Notes: generated from the sequence alone by a model not told the origin. A stretch of DNA of 64,000 nt from Gloeobacterales cyanobacterium (GCA_049582005.1 JBAUTB010000089.1:5851-69850); one strand, 5' to 3'; shown: positions 19,282-29,660, counted from the first letter of the stretch. Translations and numbers: made by a program.

Positions 19282-20017
19282 AGGCCCCTATCAATAAGCT
19301 CAAGGCCACCAGAGGGGCGGTTTCGGCGCGGAGAATACGCGGTCCCAGGTGCGCTGCAATGAACCCCTGTTCCTCAGCCTGGGCAATTTCTTCTGGAGTA
19401 AAACCACCTTCCGGCCCCGTCAGCAGCAAGAGGGGCTTAGGGTCATGCGCTTTTAGAATGCTTCCCAAACCGCTCCGCTCTCCCCTTGCTAAACAAATGA
19501 CCTTTAATCTATTTTGGCCTACCGCTGTGGAAACAGAGCCCATAAAATGAGCCCAAGACTGGACAGGATGAACCTTGGGTAGCAATAAGCGCTCGGATTG
19601 CTCTGCCGCCTCTCTAGCAATCACTCCCCAACGTTGTACTTTATGAGGGGACGGATCCGATACTACCGTGCGGGCTGTGACCAAGGGGTAAAGGTCATGA
19701 ATCCCTAGTTCCACTGCTTTTTGCACCAACCAATCCATGCGTTCCCCCTTAGGGATCCCGCAGGCTAGGGCAATAGAGAAAGGGGCCTCGACAGAGCTAT
19801 CCACCTTTTCAAGTAAACTGGCCTGATTACCTTTTAAAACTGCCTTCCAGCAGCCCCCTTGTCCATCTAGCGCGATGAAAATATTCCCGGACGAAAGTCG
19901 TAAAACCCTCTTCAGGTAGTGGACTTGGGCCTGCTCTAGGGACAAAACTTCCCCGGTGAACTGTTGCGGCTCACAGAAGAGGCGCGCTAAGTTTTGTACA
20001 GAATCAGGGCGGCCCAT
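19268..20017 (-). CDS. rsmE: 16S rRNA (uracil1498-N3)-methyltransferase
   Basis: HYLKRVLRL, LTGPEGGFTPEEI and LGPRILRAETAPL. Confidence 0.85.
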   Translation of the reverse strand: MGRPDSVQNLARLFCEPQQFTGEVLSLEQAQVHYLKRVLRLSSGNIFIALDGQGGCWKAVLKGNQASLLEKVDSSVEAPFSIALACGIPKGERMDWLVQKAVELGIHDLYPLVTARTVVSDPSPHKVQRWGVIAREAAEQSERLLLPKVHPVQSWAHFMGSVSTAVGQNRLKVICLARGERSGLGSILKAHDPKPLLLLTGPEGGFTPEEIAQAEEQGFIAAHLGPRILRAETAPLVALSLLIGAYETN

Positions 20018-20871
20018 GGTTCTTCAGATAAGGTGCATTCCCGATACCAGCCAAGGGGTTCTAACCGTTCCATCACCATGGACACTTGCGTCGTCAATAG
20101 ACCACTAAACAGTCCCCAGCCTCCAGGCTTAACCAAGGCGGTGAGGTCCTCTGCCATCTGACAAATTGCCTCAGCCAAAATATTACAGACTAAACCATCC
20201 ACGGGAGAAGCAAGCTTCAGGATATCCTTTGCACTGCCTACAAAAACCGTAGCTTTATCGACAAATCCAGCTTCTTCAAGATTGATTTGTGTAGCTTTGA
20301 CGGCGAGGGGGTCAATATCGACCGCAATTACCTTCGGAACTCCTAAGAGAAGGGCCCCCAGCGCCAAGATGCCAGAACCACACCCAATATCGGCCACCAC
20401 AGGGACAGGGCCTTCGACCAACAGCTGTTCCAGCCCCGCTAAGCAAAGACGGGTGGTACTGTGTTCTCCTGTACCAAAGGCAAAACCAGGGTCAATACGA
20501 ATCAGGAGCCGGTCTTTATATTCCGGAGGAGGAGTCTCCCAAACAGGACAAACTAGAAAACGCTCACCCACTGGACGGGGATGCCAGTATTGCTGCCAAG
20601 CCTTAGCCCAGTCTTCTTCGCGGAGGAGCCGTATCTTCAGGGTAGGCAAAGGGACCTCTAAATGCTTGGCATCTTCGACCAATTGCTGTTCCAGCGAGTT
20701 TATGGTGTCCGGATCCAGCGCTTCCGAAAAATAGCCTTTCACCCAAAGCATTGGCTGGTTGGAGACCTGCTCACTCACAACACCCTGACTCCCCAGGGAG
20801 TCTAAACGAAGGGTGGCCAGCTCTTCCAAGGCGGGAGCGACTTCCAGGGCCAGTTCATATAAGTCGGTCAT
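19987..20871 (-). CDS. prmA: ribosomal protein L11 methyltransferase
   Basis: WQQYWHP, FGTGEHSTTRLCL and DIGCGSGILAL. ATG 20871 (MTDLYEL) forms an ATGA overlap with the upstream stop. Confidence 0.85.
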   Translation of the reverse strand: MTDLYELALEVAPALEELATLRLDSLGSQGVVSEQVSNQPMLWVKGYFSEALDPDTINSLEQQLVEDAKHLEVPLPTLKIRLLREEDWAKAWQQYWHPRPVGERFLVCPVWETPPPEYKDRLLIRIDPGFAFGTGEHSTTRLCLAGLEQLLVEGPVPVVADIGCGSGILALGALLLGVPKVIAVDIDPLAVKATQINLEEAGFVDKATVFVGSAKDILKLASPVDGLVCNILAEAICQMAEDLTALVKPGGWGLFSGLLTTQVSMVMERLEPLGWYRECTLSEEPWAALILYKT

Positions 20872-21191
20872 CTTAAAGTCAATCCTACACTGACCAGCAG
20901 AAGCCCACCCAGAACAATCACCCAAATATAGTTGCCGATAATAAAACGAGGACGGTAGGCTATAGGGGCAGGCTCATCGACCGAGCGATAGAGGGTGCAG
21001 CGTGTTGCCTGGGGACGGTCAGGGAACGTACAGGAATCATCACGGTCATAGCGACAGGTAGTGCAAAGAATCTTACTGCCCGTAGCCAACTCTGGCTTGA
21101 AAGCGCCATAGGATTCAAAACTATAGCCGCAGTTTTGACAGTTCAAGCATCGATTCGAGGTAGGGGTGCCACAGCGAGGACAATCCACCAC
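20868..21191 (-). CDS. zinc-ribbon protein with C-terminal transmembrane anchor
   Basis: CPRCG..CLNCQNCG..CTTCRYDRDDSC plus C-terminal IWVIVLGGLLLVSVGL. I place the start at GTG 21191/21188, with GAGGAA immediately after the upstream TAG. The track's 21362 start would overlap the upstream gene by 160 nt. Confidence 0.55.
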   Translation of the reverse strand: MVDCPRCGTPTSNRCLNCQNCGYSFESYGAFKPELATGSKILCTTCRYDRDDSCTFPDRPQATRCTLYRSVDEPAPIAYRPRFIIGNYIWVIVLGGLLLVSVGLTLR

Positions 21192-21201
21192 AGGTTCCTC
21201 A

Positions 21202-21636
21202 CTAATCCTGAACGTATTCTTCGCCTGATACCAGGGCAAATTCTGCCCGTTGGAATTCCCGTCCCAGGTAGGCTGCATGATTAAAGTGGGTGACGGGACT
21301 TTGCTCCTGCTCAAAAATATCGACACATAGTGCTTTAGCACTGGGAGCTTTGTATCGGGCAATTAATTCATTTTTGGTAGGCCCTTTGGCAGACAAGGCT
21401 TTTCCTGTCTCAGGGTCTACGGCCAGTCCGCGCTTATCCACCACAATCGTGTAATGGTCTGCACAGATAAGACCATTTTCACGATCTATATAAATCAAAA
21501 AGTATCCAGCAGGATCCAAATTAATATGACGTGCGGATAGTTTTTTATCAATTTGAGCAATGCGTGCTCTCCAGTTGGCTAGCTGATTGACCATGAGCAG
21601 TGAGGAATAAGATTGCGTATTATCCATAGTAATCAT
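21202..21636 (-). CDS. DUF4346-like protein
   Basis: 144 aa. LDPAGYFLIYIDRENGLICADHY resembles DUF4346 as I recall it. Not verified. Confidence 0.55.
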   Translation of the reverse strand: MITMDNTQSYSSLLMVNQLANWRARIAQIDKKLSARHINLDPAGYFLIYIDRENGLICADHYTIVVDKRGLAVDPETGKALSAKGPTKNELIARYKAPSAKALCVDIFEQEQSPVTHFNHAAYLGREFQRAEFALVSGEEYVQD

Positions 21637-21666
21637 TACATATCAATATTCAAAGAATAAATACAG

Positions 21667-22359
21667 TTACCAACCTGTTTGTGCAAAAGTTTCGATTAGC
21701 CAAGGATGGGCCCAGAAAGTCAGCAATACAAAAATAGCAATGCCTAGATAGGCAGGACGCAGAAATTCGGTGAGGACTAAAGATTGACGGCCCTGGAAAA
21801 TAGCGATAAAGGGAAAAACGGAAGTCCGATTTTTAAACTCCTCAAAAGCCTTACCATAGCGGATGCTCAAGCGTCGGTCTCCATGCCAAACGGCAAATGC
21901 GTGATAGCCGGTTAATAAAATCCCAGTCCATAGAGCAAAACCACTGCCCATCCAAAATACGTGGCTTACATTCCACAAGAACATCCCCGTTAGCTGAGGG
22001 TGACGAGTGATGCGGGTAATCCCCGTTTCATAGATGCGTACCTGTGGCTCATGAATGGCGGCGACTTCCAGCAAATTGAAGGTGGCTGGATACAAAAACA
22101 AGAAAGAAAAAGCAGCAAGCCCTAAAACAAAGCTTTTAACCAGTTCACTATCCTGTACGAGCCAGAGCTGCCCACCATCATAGCGGTGATTGAAGTAGTA
22201 GATGAGCATCGGAATCGCTAAACCAATACTGGCTATGGCAAACAAGATCCGATAGACTCTAGCCCCTATGCGTTTTTCGATCGGCAACCTAAGCGCAGCT
22301 AGACCACTATGGACCGTGGCAAAGGTTAACACCAACAGAGTCATCACCACCAAAGACAA
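21667..22359 (-). CDS. NnrU family membrane protein (Z-ISO-related)
   Basis: 230 aa with about 6 TM segments. ITRHPQLTGMFLW and HGDRR motifs. Confidence 0.7.
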   Translation of the reverse strand: MSLVVMTLLVLTFATVHSGLAALRLPIEKRIGARVYRILFAIASIGLAIPMLIYYFNHRYDGGQLWLVQDSELVKSFVLGLAAFSFLFLYPATFNLLEVAAIHEPQVRIYETGITRITRHPQLTGMFLWNVSHVFWMGSGFALWTGILLTGYHAFAVWHGDRRLSIRYGKAFEEFKNRTSVFPFIAIFQGRQSLVLTEFLRPAYLGIAIFVLLTFWAHPWLIETFAQTGW

Positions 22360-22430
22360 GAACCTAGCTCCTTATTAAGTTTTCCGAGAAACGCTTGTGT
22401 TTTCTACAGTACTACCCAATCCTCAGATAT

Positions 22431-22497
22431 TAAGAAAACCTCTCCCCTATCCCCTCTCTGCCTGCGGAGAGGGATACAAGGGGCTAGGAGTGAGGTT
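22431..22497 (-). terminator. putative terminator after the helicase/GHL10 operon
   Basis: Core stem CCCTCTC (22452-22458) / GAGAGGG (22467-22473) sits within a longer imperfect C/T-rich vs G/A-rich hairpin. On the minus strand it is followed by TTTTCTT and begins right after the stop at 22498. Confidence 0.5.
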
Positions 22498-24945
22498 CTA
22501 ATTGCCCGGACTATTTGTGAGCTGGGTAACTTGAAGCTTTTCTTTTCCTGCCGCGAGGCGAGGTAGAGCCAGTTCACCGTAGCGGAGCATGGCATCAAGT
22601 GCGGCTAGGCGGTTATCCCAGGTCTGAACACGGTAGGGACGTTCTAGCTTCTCCAAGCGGAGCCAGCCCACCATGCCTGAGCGCAGTTGAGATAGGTCTT
22701 GACGAACTTTTTCGATACGCACGGGACTAGGGCGTTCCACTAAGGAATTAATGCTTTCATTCACGCGCGTTACTTGAGCCTGGAAGGGAGAGATATCGGA
22801 ATCGGTCATCCAGATTTTTTTACCTGAAGAGAGCAGAGTCCACTCTTTTTGGATAATCTTGAATCGTTCCTGGACAGTCTGAAAAGGCTGGCGCGTCGGA
22901 TTGAAGGGTGAAACAGAAGAGTTTGCAGTTAGGAGTTGTTGTTGCTCGTCATTGAGATGGGCCACTGCGAACAAGGAATATCCGCTAGAGGGCAAGTCCC
23001 GCACTGCCTGGAGTTGGTCCCGCAATTTCACCTGGGTAAGACCTTTCACCATCAAACTGGGCAAAAAGAGGACAGGAGCATTAGCACTATTCACCTGCAT
23101 GAGGTTGGGTTCTACCAACTCTTGTAGTTCTTTAGTCTCAAGGGAATAGGTCATCGGCACGATCATATCGATCAGCCCCTGTTCTGCCCAAGTCTCCCAA
23201 TCTTGTTGAATGAGAGACAACCGCTGGGTGCGTTCAATGGGGAAAACTGCTGCAGAGATAATGATTCTGGGATTGGCTTGTCTCAGTTCTTGGGATACTT
23301 CCGAAACGAAAGAAGTCACCTGATTAACCTTAAATTCTCGCCACATTCTGACTAGAGAGTAGTCCTTCGTGCTGTCAATATCTATAGGGTCCACGCCCGT
23401 AAGCTGCTGGAAACGACTACGAGCCGTAGGGCTATAGCCAAAGCTTGCATTTCTCTGAAAGGGATAGCGGATGTAGTCCAACTGCACACCGTCTACATCG
23501 TATTCCGTAACGATTTCTTTGAGTAATCGTTTGAGATAGTCCCGTGCCTTATTGTTGGCAGGATCGAGCCAGGTCTCATGCTTATCCAGAAGACGGCCCT
23601 GGCGGTTTGTCATCGCCATGTCCGGATAAGCCGCTAGTACCGGACCAGGGAAGCTCTTGGGTTGATTGAGAATAACGTTGTGACGTTGGTTCCCCGTGGC
23701 AAACATCCAGCACCAGGCATGCAGTTCCATGTTCCGTTCATGGGCTAATTTTACCCCTGCTTTTAGAGGGTCCCAGCGGGTGAGGGGATTTTGTTGAGGA
23801 GCCACGTTACTTGGATAAACGGTATAGCCTGCGTTAACCGTTTCTAAGAAAACGGTATTTACGCCCGCCTTGGCCAGGCGGTCAAAAATCAGTCTGAGCC
23901 CATCTTCGGAGCCAGCTTTCACCAAAGTCCCTCTGTCTAGCCAGATGGCTCGCACTTCTGGGAGGGCGGCTAACTGGCTGGCTGGATAGTTTGCCCATAA
24001 TTTATCAAGGGCTGCTTTCCACTCTGTACGAGCCTCATCATTCTTCCCCGCCTTAATCATGGCCGGGAGGTCGTTCAGGGTCTTGCGGGCTTGCTGTGCT
24101 GCGTCGCGATACTGGACGGGCAAACTATCGGTGGTAGCACTTGCATCATTGGTGAGAATAGTGCTTTCCACCCGCCCAAGAAGACTTCGAAGCTCATTCT
24201 GCATGCTGAATGCTTCAAACGTAGAGATAGGTGTGAATCTTGCTTCCTCTGCCTCTGCTAATGCCGACGCAGTACCGGGAATGTAACGCTCTAGAGCCGC
24301 TCCTAACCACTGTCGATCAGATTTAGCGGAACTGGAGCCCCACTCCCAAGCCAAAAAAGTCAGGGAAGGCGTGGTAATGACTGCAGGACTGCCCCCTTTT
24401 TGAAACCGGGCCTGGATATTGTTTGCAAAAGTGACGGGGACGAGTATGCCCCCGCGCACAACGTCTTTGAAGTTGGCATTATTCAACCATGGGTCAGGCT
24501 GAGAAGCTTTTTCGATGGTCCCTGAAGACGGCAAGGCTCCTCCCCAATAAACGCCGAGGAGCTTTTTCAGGGCCGTTTGAACTTCAGGAGGAGAGCTAGT
24601 CCCGATCGCCCCGCTGACAATCAGTCTGCCCCCTTGGTCTACCCAGGCCTGGAGGGTGCTGACCTGTTCCAGGGTAAGCGTAGTGACATTGGGGATAAAC
24701 AAGATCTTGTGGCTCTTGAGTTTGTCTAAGGACAACTCAGTCTGATTTACTACACTGTAGGGATAGCCATTCAAACGACTCTGCAGAAAAGCCCAGTCGG
24801 CATCGGGCGCCCGCAAAACAGCAAAGAGATTCTCCGTGGCTGCATAGACAGGAGCCACCCCCTGATAAGGTGCCAGCACTCCAATCTGTTGAAACGTCAG
24901 CGCAGCCACCAAAAAACCGCGTAAGATAGCCTTTCCCCCCACCAT
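22498..24945 (-). CDS. glycosyl hydrolase-like family 10 (GHL10/DUF187) protein with long N- and C-terminal extensions, probably exported
   Basis: IWLDRGTL....FDRLAKAGVNTVFLETVNAGYTVYPS..HAWCWMF..GVQLDYIRYP TIM-barrel pattern. Signal-like N-terminus. ATG 24945 overlaps the helicase TGA by 1 nt (TGATG). Confidence 0.75.
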   Translation of the reverse strand: MVGGKAILRGFLVAALTFQQIGVLAPYQGVAPVYAATENLFAVLRAPDADWAFLQSRLNGYPYSVVNQTELSLDKLKSHKILFIPNVTTLTLEQVSTLQAWVDQGGRLIVSGAIGTSSPPEVQTALKKLLGVYWGGALPSSGTIEKASQPDPWLNNANFKDVVRGGILVPVTFANNIQARFQKGGSPAVITTPSLTFLAWEWGSSSAKSDRQWLGAALERYIPGTASALAEAEEARFTPISTFEAFSMQNELRSLLGRVESTILTNDASATTDSLPVQYRDAAQQARKTLNDLPAMIKAGKNDEARTEWKAALDKLWANYPASQLAALPEVRAIWLDRGTLVKAGSEDGLRLIFDRLAKAGVNTVFLETVNAGYTVYPSNVAPQQNPLTRWDPLKAGVKLAHERNMELHAWCWMFATGNQRHNVILNQPKSFPGPVLAAYPDMAMTNRQGRLLDKHETWLDPANNKARDYLKRLLKEIVTEYDVDGVQLDYIRYPFQRNASFGYSPTARSRFQQLTGVDPIDIDSTKDYSLVRMWREFKVNQVTSFVSEVSQELRQANPRIIISAAVFPIERTQRLSLIQQDWETWAEQGLIDMIVPMTYSLETKELQELVEPNLMQVNSANAPVLFLPSLMVKGLTQVKLRDQLQAVRDLPSSGYSLFAVAHLNDEQQQLLTANSSVSPFNPTRQPFQTVQERFKIIQKEWTLLSSGKKIWMTDSDISPFQAQVTRVNESINSLVERPSPVRIEKVRQDLSQLRSGMVGWLRLEKLERPYRVQTWDNRLAALDAMLRYGELALPRLAAGKEKLQVTQLTNSPGN

Positions 24946-27602
24946 CAAAGCACCTCGTTAACAGGAAATCGGTCTAGCATTCGCTGTGCCTCGCTGGCTT
25001 TATCTTTCAGCATTGCATCTAAATATGGTACATGAGGAATCTGACGGAGAACATCCAAAGTCCTGCGCAGGATCCGTACCAAATCACCTTCATCCAGGTT
25101 GGTAGCAGCGCAGAGTTCTTCCCAAGAAGCTCCTTTGGCCCACTGCTCTACCAGACCAACCAAAGCCGGTTCCAACCACAAAGGTAAAAACACTTTGTGT
25201 TTGCGCTGGCTCCGTTGCACCATCCGTCGCACTTCTCGCAAAGAAGCTAATATTTCTTCCATTTCAGAAGACGGAGGATAGTTCGTCCAGGAATTCGGTC
25301 GCGGCGGCTCAGTTACTAAAGCACAGCACAGTTGAGCCAAAAGAGAAGCAGAGAGACTGCTACTGAATTTATTTTGGATATCCATAAGCGCCAACGCTAG
25401 CCACAGTTCGTTATCTCCTCGTAGGGCTGCAGCCTGTTGTCCACAAGCCGTCGGGGTGTACTGAGGATGGATAAAGTTGAGGTCCTGAAGGACTCTGACC
25501 AATCTTAAAAATTCTTCCCAATAGTATCCAGGACTGGCATGGGTCCCTTGGCTTTTGGCATCGCCCAATTCTTGCTCTAGGCGGTGTAATTTTTTCCGCA
25601 AGCGAGCCTGCTCATGGGCTTGTTTTTCTATTTGTGTAGGTTTGAGGACATGGGCAGGATTGGCTCGCACCTGTTCATTCAACATATCTACCACAGCCCG
25701 CTGGTGTTCCAGTTCAGGAGCAGGGGCAGGAGCTGTTAAGGGAGGAATCAAATCCGCTAGGACCTGACTTTCAGCATCCCCAGCTTGATATAGTCCTGGT
25801 CGCGGGGCGATAGGGGGCGGGGTCAATCCAGCAATCTCTATGTGTTGCTTACTCAGGTAGTGCACACCATGAGCTCCTAAAACTAGCCACCGATTATCTT
25901 GAGTCAGGCACGTGAGTATTGGCTGCCCAGAACTTTCTACACGCTTCACAAGAACAGCAGACTGGAGTTGGCGCGCTTCATCCTGTACCAGAAGTAGAGT
26001 ACCCATGGAAACGTGCAAAAGTAGAGGGATCAGTTCTTTGGTCCGTTTCTCGCTGGCTTGGCCTTCCAGTAAAGTCAGTAAACGACGGGCTTCTCGCAGA
26101 CTAGCCCGGAGTTTTTGATAATGTTCTAAAGCTTCCGGGGGTACAGGAATTTTGTCACTCAATTGGGTCAAACGAGCATGGATCTCGTCATATTCCTCCC
26201 GAATCGGAGCCAGATGCAGGGTACTGAGATATTGACCAAAACTGCGTTCAACAAGACTACGAGCATCGTCCAGGGAATGGCGTTCCAAGAGATTAAGCAC
26301 CATGCCGTAGCTGGGCGTGAATTGACTGACCAGGGGATCTGCTTTTGCCGTAGCGAGCCTTGCTGCTTCCTTGGCTGATTCAAAGGGACTTTGCAAGGTG
26401 ACCACATAGCCTACGGGGTCCATGCCCCGACGTCCTGCCCGTCCTGCCATTTGCAAGAATTCGGAAGCGTTGAGCAGACGATGCCCGTTGTCTGTTCGTT
26501 TGGACAGAGAAGCAATCACCGTGGTCCTTGCCGGCATATTAATACCAGCCGCCAAGGTTTCCGTGGCAAATACGACTTTGATTAAGCCCTGCTGAAAGAG
26601 CTGTTCTACCAAAGCTTTCCAGGCAGGAAGCACCCCAGCATGGTGGGAAGCGATACCCTGATAGAGACTGGCGAGTTGACGATCCCGAACAGCCGTAGGG
26701 TTATCCCGGACAAAAGCATCAATTTGGTCTTTGAGTTTTTCAGCTTCCTCTGGTTGCAAGAGGTCTACCCCATCCATACTGGCTACCGCATCATCACAAC
26801 CCCTTCGGCTAAAGATGAAATAAATGGCCGGCAGCATATCTCTGCGAGCCAGATGACTGATTACAGCCGACAACGGGGGAGCTTCCATTTGCGGATTGCG
26901 TTTTTGGGGAATCCGCCGTAGCTCTGCTTGGGCGATGCGGGGATTAATCTTCTTGCCCTCAAGATCGAGGAGAGGAAAAAGTCCTTTCGGAGAGCAGAAA
27001 TGAAAGGTCAAAGGGACGGGACGATAGTCTGAGTAAACTAGCTGGGTAGGGCCATGAACCTGATGAATCCAATCGGCTAGTTGGCCTGCATTCTCAATCG
27101 TGGCGGATAGAGCAGCTAGTTGGATGTGCGGAGGAGCATAGATAATCGATTCTTCCCAAACCGTTCCCCGTTGACTGTCATTCATGTAATGACATTCATC
27201 CAAAATCACCGTTTGCAAGCCCTGTAGGCTGTCTGCTTCGCCAAGCCCGTAGAGCATATTGCGAAAAATCTCGGTGGTCATCACCACTACGGGAGCATCG
27301 CGATTGAGGGATAGATCTCCTGTCAATAATCCAACACGCTCAGCGCCAAACTGACCGCAAAAATCTCGATACTTTTGATTGGATAGGGCTTTCAAGGGGG
27401 TGGTATAAAAAACACGACCCTGTCCAAAAATGGCCCGGTAGACGGCGTATTCAGCAACCGCTGTTTTTCCAGAGCCTGTGGGTGCGCATACGACTACCGA
27501 TTTCCCTTGGGATAATGCCTGGATAGCTTCTCGCTGGAAAGGGTCTAATTCATACTCAAAAAGCTGTTCTAAAGGAGGGAGAACAGGGAAAGCCGCTACC
27601 AT
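24945..27602 (-). CDS. Ski2-like DEAD/DEAH-box helicase with C-terminal DSHCT-like domain
   Basis: CAPTGSGKT, ILDECHYMND, LSATIEN and QMAGRAGRRG. I prefer ATG 27602 (MVAAFPVL) over the track's 27752, which would overlap the divergent hydrolase gene. Confidence 0.85.
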   Translation of the reverse strand: MVAAFPVLPPLEQLFEYELDPFQREAIQALSQGKSVVVCAPTGSGKTAVAEYAVYRAIFGQGRVFYTTPLKALSNQKYRDFCGQFGAERVGLLTGDLSLNRDAPVVVMTTEIFRNMLYGLGEADSLQGLQTVILDECHYMNDSQRGTVWEESIIYAPPHIQLAALSATIENAGQLADWIHQVHGPTQLVYSDYRPVPLTFHFCSPKGLFPLLDLEGKKINPRIAQAELRRIPQKRNPQMEAPPLSAVISHLARRDMLPAIYFIFSRRGCDDAVASMDGVDLLQPEEAEKLKDQIDAFVRDNPTAVRDRQLASLYQGIASHHAGVLPAWKALVEQLFQQGLIKVVFATETLAAGINMPARTTVIASLSKRTDNGHRLLNASEFLQMAGRAGRRGMDPVGYVVTLQSPFESAKEAARLATAKADPLVSQFTPSYGMVLNLLERHSLDDARSLVERSFGQYLSTLHLAPIREEYDEIHARLTQLSDKIPVPPEALEHYQKLRASLREARRLLTLLEGQASEKRTKELIPLLLHVSMGTLLLVQDEARQLQSAVLVKRVESSGQPILTCLTQDNRWLVLGAHGVHYLSKQHIEIAGLTPPPIAPRPGLYQAGDAESQVLADLIPPLTAPAPAPELEHQRAVVDMLNEQVRANPAHVLKPTQIEKQAHEQARLRKKLHRLEQELGDAKSQGTHASPGYYWEEFLRLVRVLQDLNFIHPQYTPTACGQQAAALRGDNELWLALALMDIQNKFSSSLSASLLAQLCCALVTEPPRPNSWTNYPPSSEMEEILASLREVRRMVQRSQRKHKVFLPLWLEPALVGLVEQWAKGASWEELCAATNLDEGDLVRILRRTLDVLRQIPHVPYLDAMLKDKASEAQRMLDRFPVNEVL

Positions 27603-27701
27603 GACGCCATAGGGCAGATACCCATATGTAAAGAAAGAATGTAAATCTTCTCCATTGTACCAAGATGCCTGAGGAGCACCAAGACTGATACATAAGTATC
27701 T

Positions 27702-28553
27702 ATGGCTAATAATTATTTCCTTTGGCAAAACTACCAAGTCTTTTACCAGCATAGAGTGAGTTCTTTCCCAAATTCACCGGTGTTGCTGTTTCTTCATAGC
27801 TTTGGCATAGGAGTCTCCAGTGAAGAATATCGAGCAAATTTGTTGACAGAGTTTGAGTCCTATCGTCTCGATTTCTTGGGATGGGGACGTTCCGATCATC
27901 CCCCTTTGGCTTATAGTTCGGAACTCTACACAGCGCTGATTGTAGACTTTATTCAACAGGTTATTCAGAAACCCATATGGGTTATTGCCAGTTCTATCGG
28001 GGCAGGGTTCGCCCTTCAGGCCGTCAGCAGGAGTCCTTCCTTATTTCAAGGGGTCATTCTGATTGGACCGCAAGGGGGCAATACGATTAGTCAGGCAAAC
28101 GATGCTGTAAAAAAAGGGTTGGATCTTCTTTTTGACACGCCTCTGGGGGCCTTGCTTCAAGGGTTGGTTACTTCTCGACAAGCCGTACGTCTGTTCGTAC
28201 GCAAGCGCCTATTTAGCTCAACCTATCCGCCGTTGGCGCTGGATAAAGAAATAGCGCAACATTGGCAAAATGCCCAGTTGCCTGGAGCGGCCTATAGCCT
28301 CAAGCCTTTTCTGAATGGAAAACTATGCACTCCAATTTTGGAAGATTTGAAGGCGATCCCCGCAACGGTACCGATGCTTTGTCTATGGGGAAAGGACAAC
28401 CGATTGAATCCAATCCAAAATGCTCAGAAATTCTTGTCGGTGCGCCCTGAAATGTCTTTAGTCCCGCTCCAAGGAGCTTTTTATCCTCATATTGAAGATA
28501 GTGCAACCTTTGAAAAAACGGTACGGGATTTTATCCTGTCAAATATGCGCTAA
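27702..28553 (+). CDS. alpha/beta hydrolase
   Basis: 283 aa. LLFLHSFG, the nucleophile elbow context ASSIGAG, and a C-terminal H in YPHIED. Confidence 0.75.
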   Translation: MANNYFLWQNYQVFYQHRVSSFPNSPVLLFLHSFGIGVSSEEYRANLLTEFESYRLDFLGWGRSDHPPLAYSSELYTALIVDFIQQVIQKPIWVIASSIGAGFALQAVSRSPSLFQGVILIGPQGGNTISQANDAVKKGLDLLFDTPLGALLQGLVTSRQAVRLFVRKRLFSSTYPPLALDKEIAQHWQNAQLPGAAYSLKPFLNGKLCTPILEDLKAIPATVPMLCLWGKDNRLNPIQNAQKFLSVRPEMSLVPLQGAFYPHIEDSATFEKTVRDFILSNMR

Positions 28554-28639
28554 AACCCTTGTAGATAGACTAAAAAATTTGCCATATTTCTAATTAGGAG
28601 CGCAAAACCTTTCCACCTGCGCCTTTTCCCTCATGCCCT

Positions 28640-29581
28640 ATGAAAAAACCGCTTGGGATGCTGGCCTTCATGCTTGCTACGGTTCTCCCCCTATCTATTA
28701 CATCCCTACCTGTTCCAGCAGCCTTCGCGCTGGATGTTGAAGAAAACACCACCATCGCTGTTTATGAGAAGGCCAATAAAGCGGTCGTCAGCATCCGCAC
28801 CCAGGGTGCAGTCGGGGCCGGAGCTATTGTGGACAAACGGGGCTTGATTGTTACCAACAATCATGTGGTTCAGGGCAATCGCCTAGTGCAGGTAAATACC
28901 TCAACAGGCAGCACCTATTCAGGACGGATTCTAGCCGTAGACCGTCGCAACGACTTGGCGTTGGTACAGATTCAACCTCGGGAAAAGCTACCCGCAATCC
29001 AACTAGCAAAGATGTCGGCAAAAGTGGGCCAGCGCGTTTATGCCATTGGCAATCCTTTTGGCCTAGACCGCACCTTAACGGTAGGGACCCTCAGCCGGAT
29101 TGCTCCCAATGGTGACTTGCAAACAGATGCTGCGCTCAATCCAGGCAATTCTGGAGGGCCATTGCTCAACTCTGCGGGTGAACTCTTGGGCATTAACAAA
29201 GCAATCTTGAGCCCTAGCGGGGGGAGTTCAGGGATTGGCTTTGCTACGTCCATAGCTCCTGTCCAGAGGCTTTTAGCGGGAACTGCCGACCGCTTTGAGG
29301 ATAATAATTCGATCGCGGCAAATTCTCCTGTCCCCAGGCAACCTCAAAAACGACCGACCTTAGGAATTACGATAGAAGCTCAAAGTTTGACCATTCTGGA
29401 GGTAAAGCCTGGTTCTGTGGCTGAGCGCAGTGGACTCAGGTCTGGGGATCGACTGTTGCGGGTAAATAACTATCCTCTGAATAGCCCTGAACTTCTCCAG
29501 CAAGCCTTGGAGGAACAGCAGCCCTTGGTTTTAACTGTGGAACGCAATCAGCGAATTGGTTTGATCCGGGTGAGATTGTAG
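28640..29581 (+). CDS. HtrA/DegP-family trypsin-like serine protease with one PDZ domain
   Basis: Signal peptide. TNNHVV, NDLALV and GNSGGPL triad contexts. C-terminal PDZ (GSVAERSGLRSGDRLL). Confidence 0.85.
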   Translation: MKKPLGMLAFMLATVLPLSITSLPVPAAFALDVEENTTIAVYEKANKAVVSIRTQGAVGAGAIVDKRGLIVTNNHVVQGNRLVQVNTSTGSTYSGRILAVDRRNDLALVQIQPREKLPAIQLAKMSAKVGQRVYAIGNPFGLDRTLTVGTLSRIAPNGDLQTDAALNPGNSGGPLLNSAGELLGINKAILSPSGGSSGIGFATSIAPVQRLLAGTADRFEDNNSIAANSPVPRQPQKRPTLGITIEAQSLTILEVKPGSVAERSGLRSGDRLLRVNNYPLNSPELLQQALEEQQPLVLTVERNQRIGLIRVRL

Positions 29582-29660
29582 GCCCTCCTTTCGCTGCCCT
29601 ATGCCTTCCTTTTTTGGGGAGCGGGGACAGGTTACAACTGGAGGGTGTTGCATAGCTTCT

